DNA of 64,000 nucleotides from Spirochaetia bacterium (GCA_963675665.1 OY776510.1:3680001-3744000), one strand, 5' to 3'; shown: positions 1 through 10,824, numbered from the stretch's first letter. Notes: generated by a model not told the origin, from the letters alone. Numbers and translations are program-made.

Positions 1-2
1 CC

Positions 3-773
3 CAGGGCATTATGGATATACCCGTCTATTTTGCACCAACAATCGGACCTGAAAAGATTAATACGTCTCTTCCCTATCTTGACGGAATAAAGGGCCTGAT
101 AACGCTGAACAACTCCCCGGTGAAAATAAACGAAGACCTTCCCGAAGGCAGAACAGCGGAAGTTCTATTTTCATCTTCTGATGATTCATGGATTGTCGAT
201 GATCCTCAGCAGATTAATCTGTACAATCCCATGATGATTATGCCTCCGTCAAACCCTGAAGACAGGGGAAGCTATCCTCTTGCTGCGGTTGTTGAAGGCA
301 GCTTTACTTCGTATTTTGCCGACAAGGGTATTCCCGAACGTCCGGATCCTGAAGAGGCAGCTGGTCCTGCAGCCGAACCCCCTGATGAGGATTACCTGAT
401 AGAAATGGACCGTGTTTCCCGTGAGGAAAACATGATTAAATCTACAGACAGAGCCCGGCTTTTCGTGTTCGGTTCTTCTCTTGCACTATCCGACAGCCTT
501 GTTGACCAGAACGGCTCGTCAACCAATTCCATTATGATTATGAATATTCTCGATGAGATGAACGGAAAAGGAGCCTTTGCATCAATGCGGAAAAAAGGTC
601 TCAATTATAATCCGCTTGATGAAACTGCACCAAAGGTTAAAACCGCCGTTAAAACATTTAATATGGCTGTTATTCCGCTGCTTGTAATACTTGCCGGACT
701 TCTGGTCTGGTTCAGATGGACAAGACGACAAAAAAAGATTGCGGCAATGTTTACGGAGGCTGAAAATGAATAA
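3..773 (+). CDS. GldG-like ABC-type auxiliary transport protein, C-terminal part (begins before window)
   Basis: Frame open from window start; LAAVVEGSFTSYF and RLFVFGSS motifs, C-terminal TM helix with basic tail; precedes a DUF4340 gene. Confidence 0.75.
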   Translation, partial: QGIMDIPVYFAPTIGPEKINTSLPYLDGIKGLITLNNSPVKINEDLPEGRTAEVLFSSSDDSWIVDDPQQINLYNPMMIMPPSNPEDRGSYPLAAVVEGSFTSYFADKGIPERPDPEEAAGPAAEPPDEDYLIEMDRVSREENMIKSTDRARLFVFGSSLALSDSLVDQNGSSTNSIMIMNILDEMNGKGAFASMRKKGLNYNPLDETAPKVKTAVKTFNMAVIPLLVILAGLLVWFRWTRRQKKIAAMFTEAENE

Positions 774-1656
774 GCTAAAAATCTACAGGGAATATATAAT
801 TCTTGCCTTAATTGCAGCACTTCTTGTTTTATACATCATTTTCAGAAGCGCCGGAAATATTAATTACATTCTGCCCGAACCTGCAGTACTTGACGGGGAA
901 AGTATCAGCGGCATAACAATTCAGGGAGCTGAAGTCAATCTTGAGTTTATTAAAACGGACGGCCAGTGGTATATAGAGCCTGAAGGCTGGCACGCCGACA
1001 ACAGCCTCCTGAATCCTATAGTTAAAGCCCTTGCTGATGTAAAGATTGCAGATCTTATATCTACTTCAGGAAATCCCGCATTCTACGATTTGAACGAAGG
1101 CAAACGTATCCTGGTTAAGGCATACAGCGGTAATGAAACAGTCAGGGAACTTTTTGTCGGTAAAGTATCCTCAACCGGAATATATACTTACATGATGTTT
1201 CCCGGGGACGACAATATTTACTCGATAAGAGGCGATCTGCCCTCACGAGTATCGGACAGGGATTCAATGCGCGATAAAAAGTTTTTAAATATCAATCGTA
1301 ATTCCGTTATCAGGATGACGCTTAATACAGCAGTGACCAAACCCGTTGCGCTCACGAAAAACTCCGACGGCATCTGGATCAGCGACAGCTTTGAAGCTGA
1401 CGATTCCGCTGTAAAAGCAGCTGTAAACATGCTTGATCCGCTTCGCTGCAAGAGTTTTCTTTATGATACGCCTGCCGACAGCCCTGAATGGACAGTTATT
1501 ATCTATACAGATGAAGGCGAAGAAAAACTTGAAATCTGGCCCGAATCGAATGAATTATACCCCGCGCGCTGTTCGCAGAACGGTTACTTTGTAAATGCAA
1601 CACCTTATGCAGTTGAAAAACTGCTTGGAGCATTCGGAGTCGTTTTCAGCGACTAA
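766..1656 (+). CDS. DUF4340 domain-containing protein
   Basis: ATG at 766 with GGAGG RBS overlapping upstream stop; N-terminal TM anchor, repeated 'W.I.P...AD' modules; typical GldG partner. Confidence 0.7.
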   Translation: MNKLKIYREYIILALIAALLVLYIIFRSAGNINYILPEPAVLDGESISGITIQGAEVNLEFIKTDGQWYIEPEGWHADNSLLNPIVKALADVKIADLISTSGNPAFYDLNEGKRILVKAYSGNETVRELFVGKVSSTGIYTYMMFPGDDNIYSIRGDLPSRVSDRDSMRDKKFLNINRNSVIRMTLNTAVTKPVALTKNSDGIWISDSFEADDSAVKAAVNMLDPLRCKSFLYDTPADSPEWTVIIYTDEGEEKLEIWPESNELYPARCSQNGYFVNATPYAVEKLLGAFGVVFSD

Positions 1657-1668
1657 AAACATCCCGGC

Positions 1669-1700
1669 GGCTGCAGCCTTACGGTTGCAGCCTTATTTTT
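1669..1700. terminator. Intrinsic terminator between convergent genes
   Basis: GGCTGCAGCC-TTAC-GGTTGCAGCC hairpin followed by T tract. Confidence 0.7.
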
Positions 1701-2431
1701 CAGCCTTGGGAGAGCTTCAGTTTTATATTCCATAAACGGTTAAGGGTCTCCTCCAGCCGATTTCCAAGCGCATCGCCTCCCGGGGTCGTTACATCATCCA
1801 TATTTTCAAATTCTGAATACGGTACCTTTATGTCGCGAACAGTAATAAACTCCCGGGATTTTGCTGTAAAATCTTCCCAGTCGCTTTCTTTATAAAGACG
1901 TTCCATCTTTTCATCAGGAAGCCCGTGCTCAAGAATGCTGTGCGGTTTATCAGGGTTGAAACGTCTTCGGTTTTTTCTGAGTGATTCTTCAAAATCAACA
2001 TTTATATAAAGTATTGCTCCGGCTTTCAGAACCTCATCGGAAAAATTATTAAAAGCCTCTTTCCAGCCTCCGTGCTCTGATCCCCTGGCAAATTCAAGCA
2101 CAGCAGTATGTTCTGATTTGAATTTCGGCTGGTCTGCAAGCATCTTGTTATAATCAAGATCAATTCTCTGAATCAGTAAATTCCAAAGATAATTATGTTT
2201 AAAATAGCCGTCTTCAGTTGAATGAATTCGCTCTTTTCCCATGCGCTGAAGCAGCGCATCTTCCTCGAACCATGTCCATAACATGGGAAAATCGTCAATC
2301 TCTTTAAAATCTCCTATATGAAACCGTTTTTGCCGTTCTTCCCTGCTGCATGCTTTCAGATATTTAATTATCTCGCTTTTTCCGGCGGCAGGTCTGCCGA
2401 TTGAAAATATTATGGAAAAATTCTCATTCAT
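1700..2431 (-). CDS. Hypothetical P-loop protein (nucleotide-kinase-like fold)
   Basis: N-terminal Walker A GRPAAGKS; 243 aa. Confidence 0.6.
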   Translation of the reverse strand: MNENFSIIFSIGRPAAGKSEIIKYLKACSREERQKRFHIGDFKEIDDFPMLWTWFEEDALLQRMGKERIHSTEDGYFKHNYLWNLLIQRIDLDYNKMLADQPKFKSEHTAVLEFARGSEHGGWKEAFNNFSDEVLKAGAILYINVDFEESLRKNRRRFNPDKPHSILEHGLPDEKMERLYKESDWEDFTAKSREFITVRDIKVPYSEFENMDDVTTPGGDALGNRLEETLNRLWNIKLKLSQG

Positions 2432-2468
2432 ACTTCATTATACCATAAAAAATCATTATGATGAAAAT

Positions 2469-3467
2469 GTGCACAGATATATTAAAATCATAATACCGCT
2501 TGCAATTCTCATTTTACTGCTTATAGCTGCCGTATTCGGGTTTTCTTATTACGAGAAGCTTGAGTTTTTTGATGCGCTTTGGATGACCGTAACTACCGTA
2601 CTCACTGTAGGTTACGGGGATCTTATTCCCGGGTCCCATGAAGGCAGGCTTATTGCAATTCTCCTTGTTCCTGTCTGCATTCTGCTTTTTACATATTTCA
2701 TGGGACTTATCATAAGCGCACTTGTTGAATTTAATATATCCGTACAGAAAAGGAGCAGAAGCATGGAACGCAAAATAAAGAGAATGAACAAGCATATTAT
2801 CGTCTGCGGCCTTAACCAGATGAGCCAGATTATAATCGACCGAATACAGAAGGAAAAACGTGATTTTGTGCTTATCGAACCTGACGAAACCCGCTGCGAA
2901 CCATTCATTGAGAAATTTAATATCGTTCTCGGCGATCCGTGCGAAGAAGATGTTCTTAAGCGGGCGGGTATTGAAAAAGCCGAGGGTTTGATTACAACCG
3001 GCAGCGATGCGGAAAATGTTCTTGTTGTTCTGACAGCCAGAGGCATGAACAGCAATCTAAGAATCACATCAAGCGCAGAGCGTATTGAAAGCGAATCAAA
3101 GCTTATAAAAGCCGGGGCCGACAAGGTTATAAACCCCGAGCGTATCGGCGGCACCAGAATTGCATTATCGGTTCTCAAACCTGCGGCCGTTGATTATATG
3201 GACAGGGTTTTTACATCTGATAACGACAATTTCAAGATCAATGAACTTTTCATCTCGGAAGGTTCAAGCCTTTCCGGTGCAACCATAAGAAATGCCGAAA
3301 TAAGAAACCGGTACAACCTGAGTGTAATGGCAGTTAAACGTGAAGGAAATATCTACACATCGGAGTTGGCCGATTTTATTCTTCAGCCGAATGATACTCT
3401 CATTGTATTCGGCAAAGAAGAAAATCTGGATGTATTTACAGAAACCACACGTGCGGACAATATATAA
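2469..3467 (+). CDS. Potassium channel with TrkA-N/TrkA-C (RCK) domains
   Basis: Selectivity filter TVGYGD, HIIVCG Rossmann motif, TrkA-C tail; GTG start inferred at 2469. Confidence 0.9.
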   Translation: MHRYIKIIIPLAILILLLIAAVFGFSYYEKLEFFDALWMTVTTVLTVGYGDLIPGSHEGRLIAILLVPVCILLFTYFMGLIISALVEFNISVQKRSRSMERKIKRMNKHIIVCGLNQMSQIIIDRIQKEKRDFVLIEPDETRCEPFIEKFNIVLGDPCEEDVLKRAGIEKAEGLITTGSDAENVLVVLTARGMNSNLRITSSAERIESESKLIKAGADKVINPERIGGTRIALSVLKPAAVDYMDRVFTSDNDNFKINELFISEGSSLSGATIRNAEIRNRYNLSVMAVKREGNIYTSELADFILQPNDTLIVFGKEENLDVFTETTRADNI

Positions 3468-3469
3468 GA

Positions 3470-5845
3470 TTATTCCGGCATAATGTTTAATCGATAATAT
3501 TCCCTTCCATTGTCAAAATAAATTGATATTGAATTATTTTGATAAACCAAAGTACTTTCAATTCGGTTCTGAAATTTTCCGGATTTTATCTCGCTAAAAA
3601 ATGTTTTTAACCGAAGCGGAGTCTCTCCGTTGTTTTCTATATATTCAACTATCTCATTTTCAAAATTAATGAATTCAAAAGCATAGGCCGTATCTTTATT
3701 TCCGTCAAAAAGAACAACTGCGGGAGCATATTCCATTATACTGGTATCAAAGGATAAATTTAAATGTTCAATACTCCGGTTGATTTTTTGAAGATTCAAA
3801 CCTGCCGCTTCAAGATAAAGCACGGGATTTTCATAAAAAATGTATCCGGCAGCTCCATTTTCAAGAATACTGTAGTAATAATTAATTCTCCGTTCTATAT
3901 GGGTTTCATAATAATCATACATCCATTTTTTATTATAACGTATTGATTCCGAATATCTTTTGATTTTATCCAGGATTACACCGGAGTGCATTGTTACCGT
4001 ATATAATTTTGGATAATCAATTCTGTAAAGTCCTGTGATATTCAGAATTTTTTCAATGCCCGAATAGGTCATGTCCGATAAACTCGTACTGAAGTTCTGC
4101 CCTCCCAGGTTCATTTTGCCGGCTTTAATTACCTTCAGGAATTCCCTGTTACGGTGAATTAATTCCATTAATTCTCCGCGGTTTTCTTTTTGCAGCTCTT
4201 CAGGCTTATCTGTTGACAGTTCTTTTTTGTTAAACAATCCGGAAACCGGATCATCATTCAGCAAATGATAACGTTTTATAATTTCAGGATTGATATTCTG
4301 CTCCTGTTTATCCCTTACGAAAACCATTCGCATATTCGAAACTTCCGGAATTGCCGATTCAACTATCAGGCACCCGCCAACTGCCTCAGCAGTAAATGCA
4401 AAAGTTTCAAGATCAAACGGTGAAAAATATTCCGACAAACCTTTTATATTTTCTTCAGGTACATCCAGGGTAACCATAAAAAGTTTTGCTGTCCCGTCAC
4501 GCCCCGGAAGATGCCGCGGAAGGTAATACCACATCTCGACCGGATGAAAATCAATTTCCAGCATGCCGTTTTTATTTGAAACGTTCATAACACAGGAGCC
4601 TTCATAGATATTAAACCCGTCAAGTAACAAATCAATATCATCAAGGGGCTTGTCGTCATACCACATTTTTCCGTAATAAATATTGTCGACAGCAGGTCCG
4701 TATTCAGCCTTAATGCCTGTTTCAAGAAAATCGACCAGTTTTAACGGCGTTTTCTTAAAACTCCATGTTGTATCTTTTAATTGCTTATAATAAAAACCGG
4801 GCTCTCCGGAGACGTCTGTTCCGGCCACTCTCATTTCACGGGCGTCATTGCCTCTTCCATTCTGTAAAATCGAAATTCTTTTTGTTAACATTGCATGGCC
4901 GCCCAGTTCTATTTCAGGCTGCTTCCGCCAGTTTTCAGCCGGCAATGCCCAGTAGTTAAAATTAGTACGGTAATCAGAACCTGGCCTTTCATCCAGATAT
5001 TTGCCATCATATGTATATTTAAAAAACATTGGATCGCTGCCGACTGTATCATAATCGACAAGCCGGGTATACATCTCCCCGGCAGAATTTATTACGAACA
5101 CGGTGGAAGCGCTGGCACTTAACGATTCGGCGATAAAAGTGCCTCTTTCGGGCCCAAGAATATTGTGACTGAAATCGGAAGGAAGCCCGGGATCGGCAAA
5201 TTTTATTTCCCGCCCGTCGTTCATCAAAAAATAATTTGTTACTACGCCGATGGTTCCGTAATGATGCTGGTTACCGTTTACATCCTCATACCATAAAACT
5301 TCTTCTCCGCGACGGCTCATTGCCCAGCTCTTTTTTTTCTCTATTTCTGAATTTATTCTCAGAGTAGTCTTTTCGGGAAAGCCTGTCTCCTGCACCCACC
5401 GCCGCCTGTTTCTGAAAGATTTTTTTTCCAGTTTGATATTGTAAAAAATTCCCTCATCTGAAAGTGCATAAAGTTCATCACTGTCGGCGCTGATTTCTAC
5501 AATAGCTTTCGGTTCATCAAATTTAATTTCCAGTTTATTTTCCGGAAGCCCCGTTTTATTAAAAATTGTCCATAGTTCAGGATTTTTCCCATCAATATCC
5601 TTATAAAATATTTTTCCTTTATACAACTGAAATTCGTATAGCGAATTAAACGTCTGAGTTTTGGTTTTAATATAAACATGATCAGGAAACAACCCGTTTA
5701 TATTTTCCGAATATTCATCTTCCAGATAAATATCGGATTCAAGAAAATCGTAATCCTGGTTATTTACAATTCCTGTTGCGCATGAAGAATATAAAATCAA
5801 CACTAATATTAAAAAAAAAGATATTTTTATTTCGGCTTTTATCAT
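3470..5845 (-). CDS. Large hypothetical lipoprotein (~790 aa)
   Basis: Start MIKAEIK, hydrophobic stretch and lipobox-like LYSSC; beta-rich middle region. Confidence 0.6.
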   Translation of the reverse strand: MIKAEIKISFFLILVLILYSSCATGIVNNQDYDFLESDIYLEDEYSENINGLFPDHVYIKTKTQTFNSLYEFQLYKGKIFYKDIDGKNPELWTIFNKTGLPENKLEIKFDEPKAIVEISADSDELYALSDEGIFYNIKLEKKSFRNRRRWVQETGFPEKTTLRINSEIEKKKSWAMSRRGEEVLWYEDVNGNQHHYGTIGVVTNYFLMNDGREIKFADPGLPSDFSHNILGPERGTFIAESLSASASTVFVINSAGEMYTRLVDYDTVGSDPMFFKYTYDGKYLDERPGSDYRTNFNYWALPAENWRKQPEIELGGHAMLTKRISILQNGRGNDAREMRVAGTDVSGEPGFYYKQLKDTTWSFKKTPLKLVDFLETGIKAEYGPAVDNIYYGKMWYDDKPLDDIDLLLDGFNIYEGSCVMNVSNKNGMLEIDFHPVEMWYYLPRHLPGRDGTAKLFMVTLDVPEENIKGLSEYFSPFDLETFAFTAEAVGGCLIVESAIPEVSNMRMVFVRDKQEQNINPEIIKRYHLLNDDPVSGLFNKKELSTDKPEELQKENRGELMELIHRNREFLKVIKAGKMNLGGQNFSTSLSDMTYSGIEKILNITGLYRIDYPKLYTVTMHSGVILDKIKRYSESIRYNKKWMYDYYETHIERRINYYYSILENGAAGYIFYENPVLYLEAAGLNLQKINRSIEHLNLSFDTSIMEYAPAVVLFDGNKDTAYAFEFINFENEIVEYIENNGETPLRLKTFFSEIKSGKFQNRIESTLVYQNNSISIYFDNGREYYRLNIMPE

Positions 5846-5895
5846 GTCAAATAATATAATGCTGTTCCGAAGAAAAAACAAATCGGCTAATTCTT

Positions 5896-6408
5896 TTACA
5901 TTGCAGATCTCAATATTTTTTTTATTCTTCTCCATTCCGAATATTTATCATCGTAAGCCATGGTGTTTGCAGGGCTTGTTGAAGGTAAAATATGCCATTC
6001 AAGTTTGCGATCTTCAAGAAGCTGATACCCGAATTCCCTGTTAAAACTGTCGAAAGCCTTCTTTCCGTTAAAAAAAACGGCGAGAAGCCCGGGAAGCCTG
6101 TCGATTAACCCGATTACTGCATTAGGTTTTTCTTCCCTTATGTTGCTGTCAAGACTCCCTTCCCGAATGCAGCTTCCTATAACATCCCATAAGGCTATAT
6201 TTCCGTTAAATAACATTTTTTCTTTATCAGAATATTTTTCAGGTATTGTGCATTCCTGAATCTGAGATATTATTCTCCAGAACTGGTTTCTCGGGTAGCC
6301 GTAATATTCCTGTTTTCTTAGCGATTCCTCTCCAGGCATTGATCCGAGAATCAGCACTACCGAAACATCTGATAAAATCGGTGCAAGCCCATGTTTTTTC
6401 TTGTTCAT
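5896..6408 (-). CDS. DNA-deoxyinosine glycosylase (uracil-DNA glycosylase superfamily)
   Basis: LILGSMPG..SL...YY..PRNQFW, LWDV, GSLDS, LPSTSPAN motifs. Confidence 0.9.
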   Translation of the reverse strand: MNKKKHGLAPILSDVSVVLILGSMPGEESLRKQEYYGYPRNQFWRIISQIQECTIPEKYSDKEKMLFNGNIALWDVIGSCIREGSLDSNIREEKPNAVIGLIDRLPGLLAVFFNGKKAFDSFNREFGYQLLEDRKLEWHILPSTSPANTMAYDDKYSEWRRIKKILRSAM

Positions 6409-6485
6409 GTCAGGTAATATAACTCTTTTAAATTATGCCGGCAATGACGGATGCTTTTTTAATCAGATTCTGTTACATTTATTTT

Positions 6486-7271
6486 ATGGCGAAGAAACAT
6501 AAAATCTCTTTTGAGGAATTTTATTCACAACTATACATTGACCGCTGGCAGGATCTTAAGAATGCGCTTCTCGGCGACTCCGTCTATTTAAGTATAGATA
6601 ACAACCTTCTGAAGCCCTACTACCTTGACCCTGCTTCAGCTGCTCCGGCAAGGGCCCTTGACGTTTTGCCGGGTGATATTGTTCTTGATATGTGCGCCGC
6701 ACCCGGTGGAAAAACACTTCTGCTTGCCCTTGCTTTGGCCGGAACCGGTTCGCTTACATCAAATGATCGTTCTGCTGATCGAAGACGCAGACTTCATAAG
6801 GTAATCACTGAGCACCTTCCGCTGGAACTACGAAAGAATATCAATATTACCGGGCATGATGCAACGCGCTGGGGCTTATTTGAGAAGAATGTTTATGACA
6901 GGATTTTGCTGGATGCCCCCTGTTCGTCTGAAGAACATGTTTTAAAATCTCCTCCTCATCTGGAAAAATGGTCGCCCGCCCGCACAAGGCAGCTGGCAGT
7001 GCAGGCGCATGCAATGCTTGCTGCTGCTGTGGAAGCGGTTAAACCCGGCGGTACCATTATATACAGTACCTGCTCGCTGTCGCCCTTTGAAAACGACGGT
7101 GTTATCGGGAAACTATTGAAAAAACGCGGCGATATTGTTACCGTTTCTGCTTTAAATGAATCCGACTCCATCCCCGGTGGAGAAGTTACAACATACGGGA
7201 AAATTTTTCTTCCTGACAGGTGCGGGGGCTGCGGGCCTATTTATTATGTTAAACTGATTAAAAACAGTTAA
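6486..7271 (+). CDS. RsmB/NOP2/Sun family RNA m5C methyltransferase
   Basis: LDMCAAPGGKT, DRILLDAPCS, YSTCSL..ENDGV motifs. Confidence 0.9.
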   Translation: MAKKHKISFEEFYSQLYIDRWQDLKNALLGDSVYLSIDNNLLKPYYLDPASAAPARALDVLPGDIVLDMCAAPGGKTLLLALALAGTGSLTSNDRSADRRRRLHKVITEHLPLELRKNINITGHDATRWGLFEKNVYDRILLDAPCSSEEHVLKSPPHLEKWSPARTRQLAVQAHAMLAAAVEAVKPGGTIIYSTCSLSPFENDGVIGKLLKKRGDIVTVSALNESDSIPGGEVTTYGKIFLPDRCGGCGPIYYVKLIKNS

Positions 7272-7313
7272 CGGCATTGACTTAATAAAGCTCAATATGT
7301 AGGTTTAATTCAA

Positions 7314-7919
7314 ATGACCGAAATATGCTTGATACGACATGGTGAAACAAACTGGAACGCTGAATCCAGAATGCAGGGACGAACCGATATCCCGCTTAAT
7401 GAAACAGGACGGCTCCAGGCCGCAGCAACTGCTGAATTTCTCTCGGGAGAACCCTGGGACTATATTTATTCCAGCCCGCTGATAAGAGCCCGGGAAACCG
7501 CCGGACGAATTGCAGAAGCGGTCGGGCTGCGTGAAATTTCTACTGAGTTTGATCTTATAGAATGTAATTTCGGTATTGCTGAAGGCATGCTGATTGAGGA
7601 ACGACGTAAAATTTATCCTGACATAAGCATGATTCCCGATGCCGAAAATTTCGATGATCTGAGAATCAGGGTTAAAAATATTATTAACAGGATTGCATCA
7701 CGTCACGAAAACTCCCGAATAATAGTAATCGCCCACGGCTGCTTTATTATGGAAGCATTAAGCGCTTTCAGTCAGGACAAAATAAACGGACGAAAAACAT
7801 ACCTGAAAAACCTGTCCATGACTATGCTGACTTTCACAAACGGTCAGTGTGTAATTCCCTGGTATAACCGTTCGGCTCTTGAAACACAGCCTGATTCCGC
7901 CTTCTCACTCAGACATTAA
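7314..7919 (+). CDS. Histidine phosphatase family protein
   Basis: LIRHGETNWN, SSPL.RA.ETA, AHG motifs. Confidence 0.9.
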   Translation: MTEICLIRHGETNWNAESRMQGRTDIPLNETGRLQAAATAEFLSGEPWDYIYSSPLIRARETAGRIAEAVGLREISTEFDLIECNFGIAEGMLIEERRKIYPDISMIPDAENFDDLRIRVKNIINRIASRHENSRIIVIAHGCFIMEALSAFSQDKINGRKTYLKNLSMTMLTFTNGQCVIPWYNRSALETQPDSAFSLRH

Positions 7920-7937
7920 TCTGTTAATATTTTATAT

Positions 7938-9080
7938 ATGGATACCAGAGTAGCGCTGCTTAAATGTAATGATTATAACGTTCAGTTAATTCTTGATACG
8001 ATGAAAGAAGCTCTCAGGCTTTGCGGCGGCAGAGAGGCGCTTGACGTAGAAGGAAAAACCGTACTGCTGAAACCAAATGTACTTTATGACGCCCTTCCGT
8101 CAAAGGCTGTAACAACAAACCCGGAATTTCTCAGGGCAGCCATCAGATTAATGAAAGAGCTGGGAGCCGCCAAAATTTATGCCGGAGATTCTCCGGGATT
8201 TCAGAAACCCGGATTTAAGGGAAAGAAATGCGGTCTCTGGAATATCTGTGATGAAGAAGGCGCAGAATGGTACGATTTTTCCAGCGGCACAACTGTTTTA
8301 AAATGCCCTGACGGGAAAATGGTAAACCAGTTTATAGTAAGCAATATTGTCGAAAAAGTTGATTTTATCATAAGTCTTCCGAAACTGAAAACTCACCAGC
8401 TGATGTATTTCACGGGAGCAATAAAAAACCAGTTCGGGCTTGTTCCGGGTCTTTCAAAAAGCCCGTATCACATGATGTTTCCGGGAAGAAACAATTTCGC
8501 ACAGATGCTTGTAGATCTCCATTCCGCGTTAAAACCGGCCTTTGCTTTTATGGACGCTATAATATCAATGGAAGGTCCGGGCCCAGGAAGCGGATATCCG
8601 AAACAGACCAATCTTCTATTGGCATCAGCAAACCTGCTTGCCCTTGATATAACAGCCTGCAGGCTTATCGGGTATGATCCGGACATAATCCCTGTTAACC
8701 GGGATGCAATAGACCGTGAAATATGGCTCAGCTCAACTTCAGACCCGCAGGTACTCGGCCTTGATATTACAGATGCCAAAATTCATGATTTTACAAAAAT
8801 CAGACCTACAGGAAACCCGAGTCAGCTCCTTGAATTTCTGACCCCTAAATTTATCAGGAATTTCGAAAGATCGCTTTCACCTAAACCTGTTTTCAGTGAA
8901 AAAAACTGTATTCGCTGCGGACAGTGCGTGAGGATCTGCCCTGCTGAAGCACTTGAAATGCATGATATGGTTGAGATTGATTATAAAAAATGCATACGCT
9001 GTTTCTGCTGCCATGAGGTTTGCCCTGAAGATGCCATAAAGATCAGGCGGGCGCCTTTCATCAAAGGCATTAAAACTTAA
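7938..9080 (+). CDS. DUF362 protein with C-terminal 2x[4Fe-4S] ferredoxin domain
   Basis: VLLKPN, LPKLKTH, MEGPGP motifs; CIRCGQC..CP and CIRCFCCHEVCP. Confidence 0.85.
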   Translation: MDTRVALLKCNDYNVQLILDTMKEALRLCGGREALDVEGKTVLLKPNVLYDALPSKAVTTNPEFLRAAIRLMKELGAAKIYAGDSPGFQKPGFKGKKCGLWNICDEEGAEWYDFSSGTTVLKCPDGKMVNQFIVSNIVEKVDFIISLPKLKTHQLMYFTGAIKNQFGLVPGLSKSPYHMMFPGRNNFAQMLVDLHSALKPAFAFMDAIISMEGPGPGSGYPKQTNLLLASANLLALDITACRLIGYDPDIIPVNRDAIDREIWLSSTSDPQVLGLDITDAKIHDFTKIRPTGNPSQLLEFLTPKFIRNFERSLSPKPVFSEKNCIRCGQCVRICPAEALEMHDMVEIDYKKCIRCFCCHEVCPEDAIKIRRAPFIKGIKT

Positions 9081-9133
9081 AGATTAACAGTTAAAACACG
9101 GGAAAAAATCCCGGGCCTTAACGGTTTATGTTT

Positions 9134-9925
9134 TTATGAAAGAAGCGCTTCATCCGAAGTGAATTCTTTCTTTCGTATTTTATGGAATTTAGCTACAAGC
9201 GAGTCGACAGTCAGCTTTTTCTTGTCTTCACCGCTGATATCGATGATTATTTTCCCTTCATCCATCATCAGAAGCCTGTTTCCATAATCAATCGCCTGCT
9301 GCATGTTATGCGTGATCATCATAACCGTAAATCCGTACTCGCTGATAAATCTGCCTGTCAGATCCAGCACCTTTTCCGCATTTCTTGGGTCCAGGGCGGC
9401 AGTGTGCTCATCCAGCAATACCAGCTCCGGTTTTGAAAGCGACATCATAAGAAGCGTCAGAGCCTGACGCTGTCCTCCCGACAGCATACCGACATTATCG
9501 TTTATCCGGTTTTCCAGTTCCATATCCAGGCGTTTCAGCTGTTCACCGAAATACTCTCTTTTCTTCCGGTTTAGGCTTATTTTCAGTCCTTTGAATCCCT
9601 TGCCGCCCGCAACAAGCATATTATCGACGATGGACATATTTCCGGCGGTACCCAGCAGCGGGTCCTGGAAAATCCTGCCGATGTACCTGGCCCTTTTATA
9701 TTCAGGATGAGATGTTACATCTTCATCGTTGATAAGGACCCTGCCCGAAGACGGTCTTTTGTTTCCGGAGATTACATTATACAGCGTAGTTTTTCCTGCC
9801 CCGTTCGAACCGATAATCGTAATAAAATCGCCCTTTTTTATCCTGAGATCAATATCCTTCAGAACATGGTTCCTGTCGGGGGTTCCCTCGCCGAAAATCA
9901 TATTAATTTTTTCAAGCTTTATCAT
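9134..9925 (-). CDS. ABC transporter ATP-binding protein (putative aromatic amino acid uptake type)
   Basis: GSNGAGKT, LSGGQRQ, LLDEHTAALDP; ATG at 9925 overlaps permease stop. Confidence 0.9.
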   Translation of the reverse strand: MIKLEKINMIFGEGTPDRNHVLKDIDLRIKKGDFITIIGSNGAGKTTLYNVISGNKRPSSGRVLINDEDVTSHPEYKRARYIGRIFQDPLLGTAGNMSIVDNMLVAGGKGFKGLKISLNRKKREYFGEQLKRLDMELENRINDNVGMLSGGQRQALTLLMMSLSKPELVLLDEHTAALDPRNAEKVLDLTGRFISEYGFTVMMITHNMQQAIDYGNRLLMMDEGKIIIDISGEDKKKLTVDSLVAKFHKIRKKEFTSDEALLS

Positions 9926-10821
9926 TTCGCAGGCCTCCTGAATCTCAGCGATTTGGATCGGTATTTCGTAAAAACCAGACAAACTATTATCAGCGCCCCT
10001 GTAATAAGCTTCAGATCGTTAGGAGTGAGATTTATATAATAACCGTAATATCTTCCGAAAAACATAATCGCTTTGTAAAGAACTGCCCCCAGAATAACTC
10101 TCAGCGTAAGCAGGCCTATCCTGTTTGAAGAGAAAAGAAACTCGCCTAGCATGACCATTGCAAGCCCGGAAACAACTATACCCTGGCCCAGGTTGACATC
10201 GGCGAACCCCTGGTATTGTGCCGCAAATGCGCCGCTGACGGCCACCATACCGTTCGACAGCCCTACTCCGATAATCTTTACTATTTCCGGGTTTACTCCC
10301 TGGCTGATAACCATCTGCTCATTATCGCCCATGGCGCCCATAGTCAGACCCAGATCTGTATGAAAAAACAGGTCGAGCGCAAGTTTTATCGCAAGCACTA
10401 TTATTATAAAAAATATCAGGATAGCGCCCGTCTCGCCGAATACAGGGGCAAACAATTCGTCCACCTTTGAAAGAATTGTCTCCGTGCGCAGCAGCGGAAG
10501 ATTAGCGCGGTTTCCCAGGATCCGGATATTAATCGACCACAGCATGGTCATCGTGAGAATTCCCGCAAGAAGACTTGGAACGCCGAGTTTATTATGTATC
10601 ACAGCCGTTACGCCGCCGGCCGCAAAACCGCATACAAAAGATAGCAGAAGCGCTGCGCCCATGTTCATACCGCCCGACAGGCAGATTGCCATTACCGCCG
10701 CACCCATGGGAAATGTTCCGTCGACTGAAAGATCCGGAAAATCAAGAACTCTGAATGTTAAAAAAACGCCGAGGGCCATGATCCCGTAGATCAGACCCTC
10801 AACAAAAATACCCTCAATCAT
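9922..10821 (-). CDS. ABC transporter permease
   Basis: FRVLDFPDLSVDGTF, AQYQGFADV motifs; multiple TM helices. Confidence 0.9.
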   Translation of the reverse strand: MIEGIFVEGLIYGIMALGVFLTFRVLDFPDLSVDGTFPMGAAVMAICLSGGMNMGAALLLSFVCGFAAGGVTAVIHNKLGVPSLLAGILTMTMLWSINIRILGNRANLPLLRTETILSKVDELFAPVFGETGAILIFFIIIVLAIKLALDLFFHTDLGLTMGAMGDNEQMVISQGVNPEIVKIIGVGLSNGMVAVSGAFAAQYQGFADVNLGQGIVVSGLAMVMLGEFLFSSNRIGLLTLRVILGAVLYKAIMFFGRYYGYYINLTPNDLKLITGALIIVCLVFTKYRSKSLRFRRPAK

Positions 10822-10824
10822 TTA

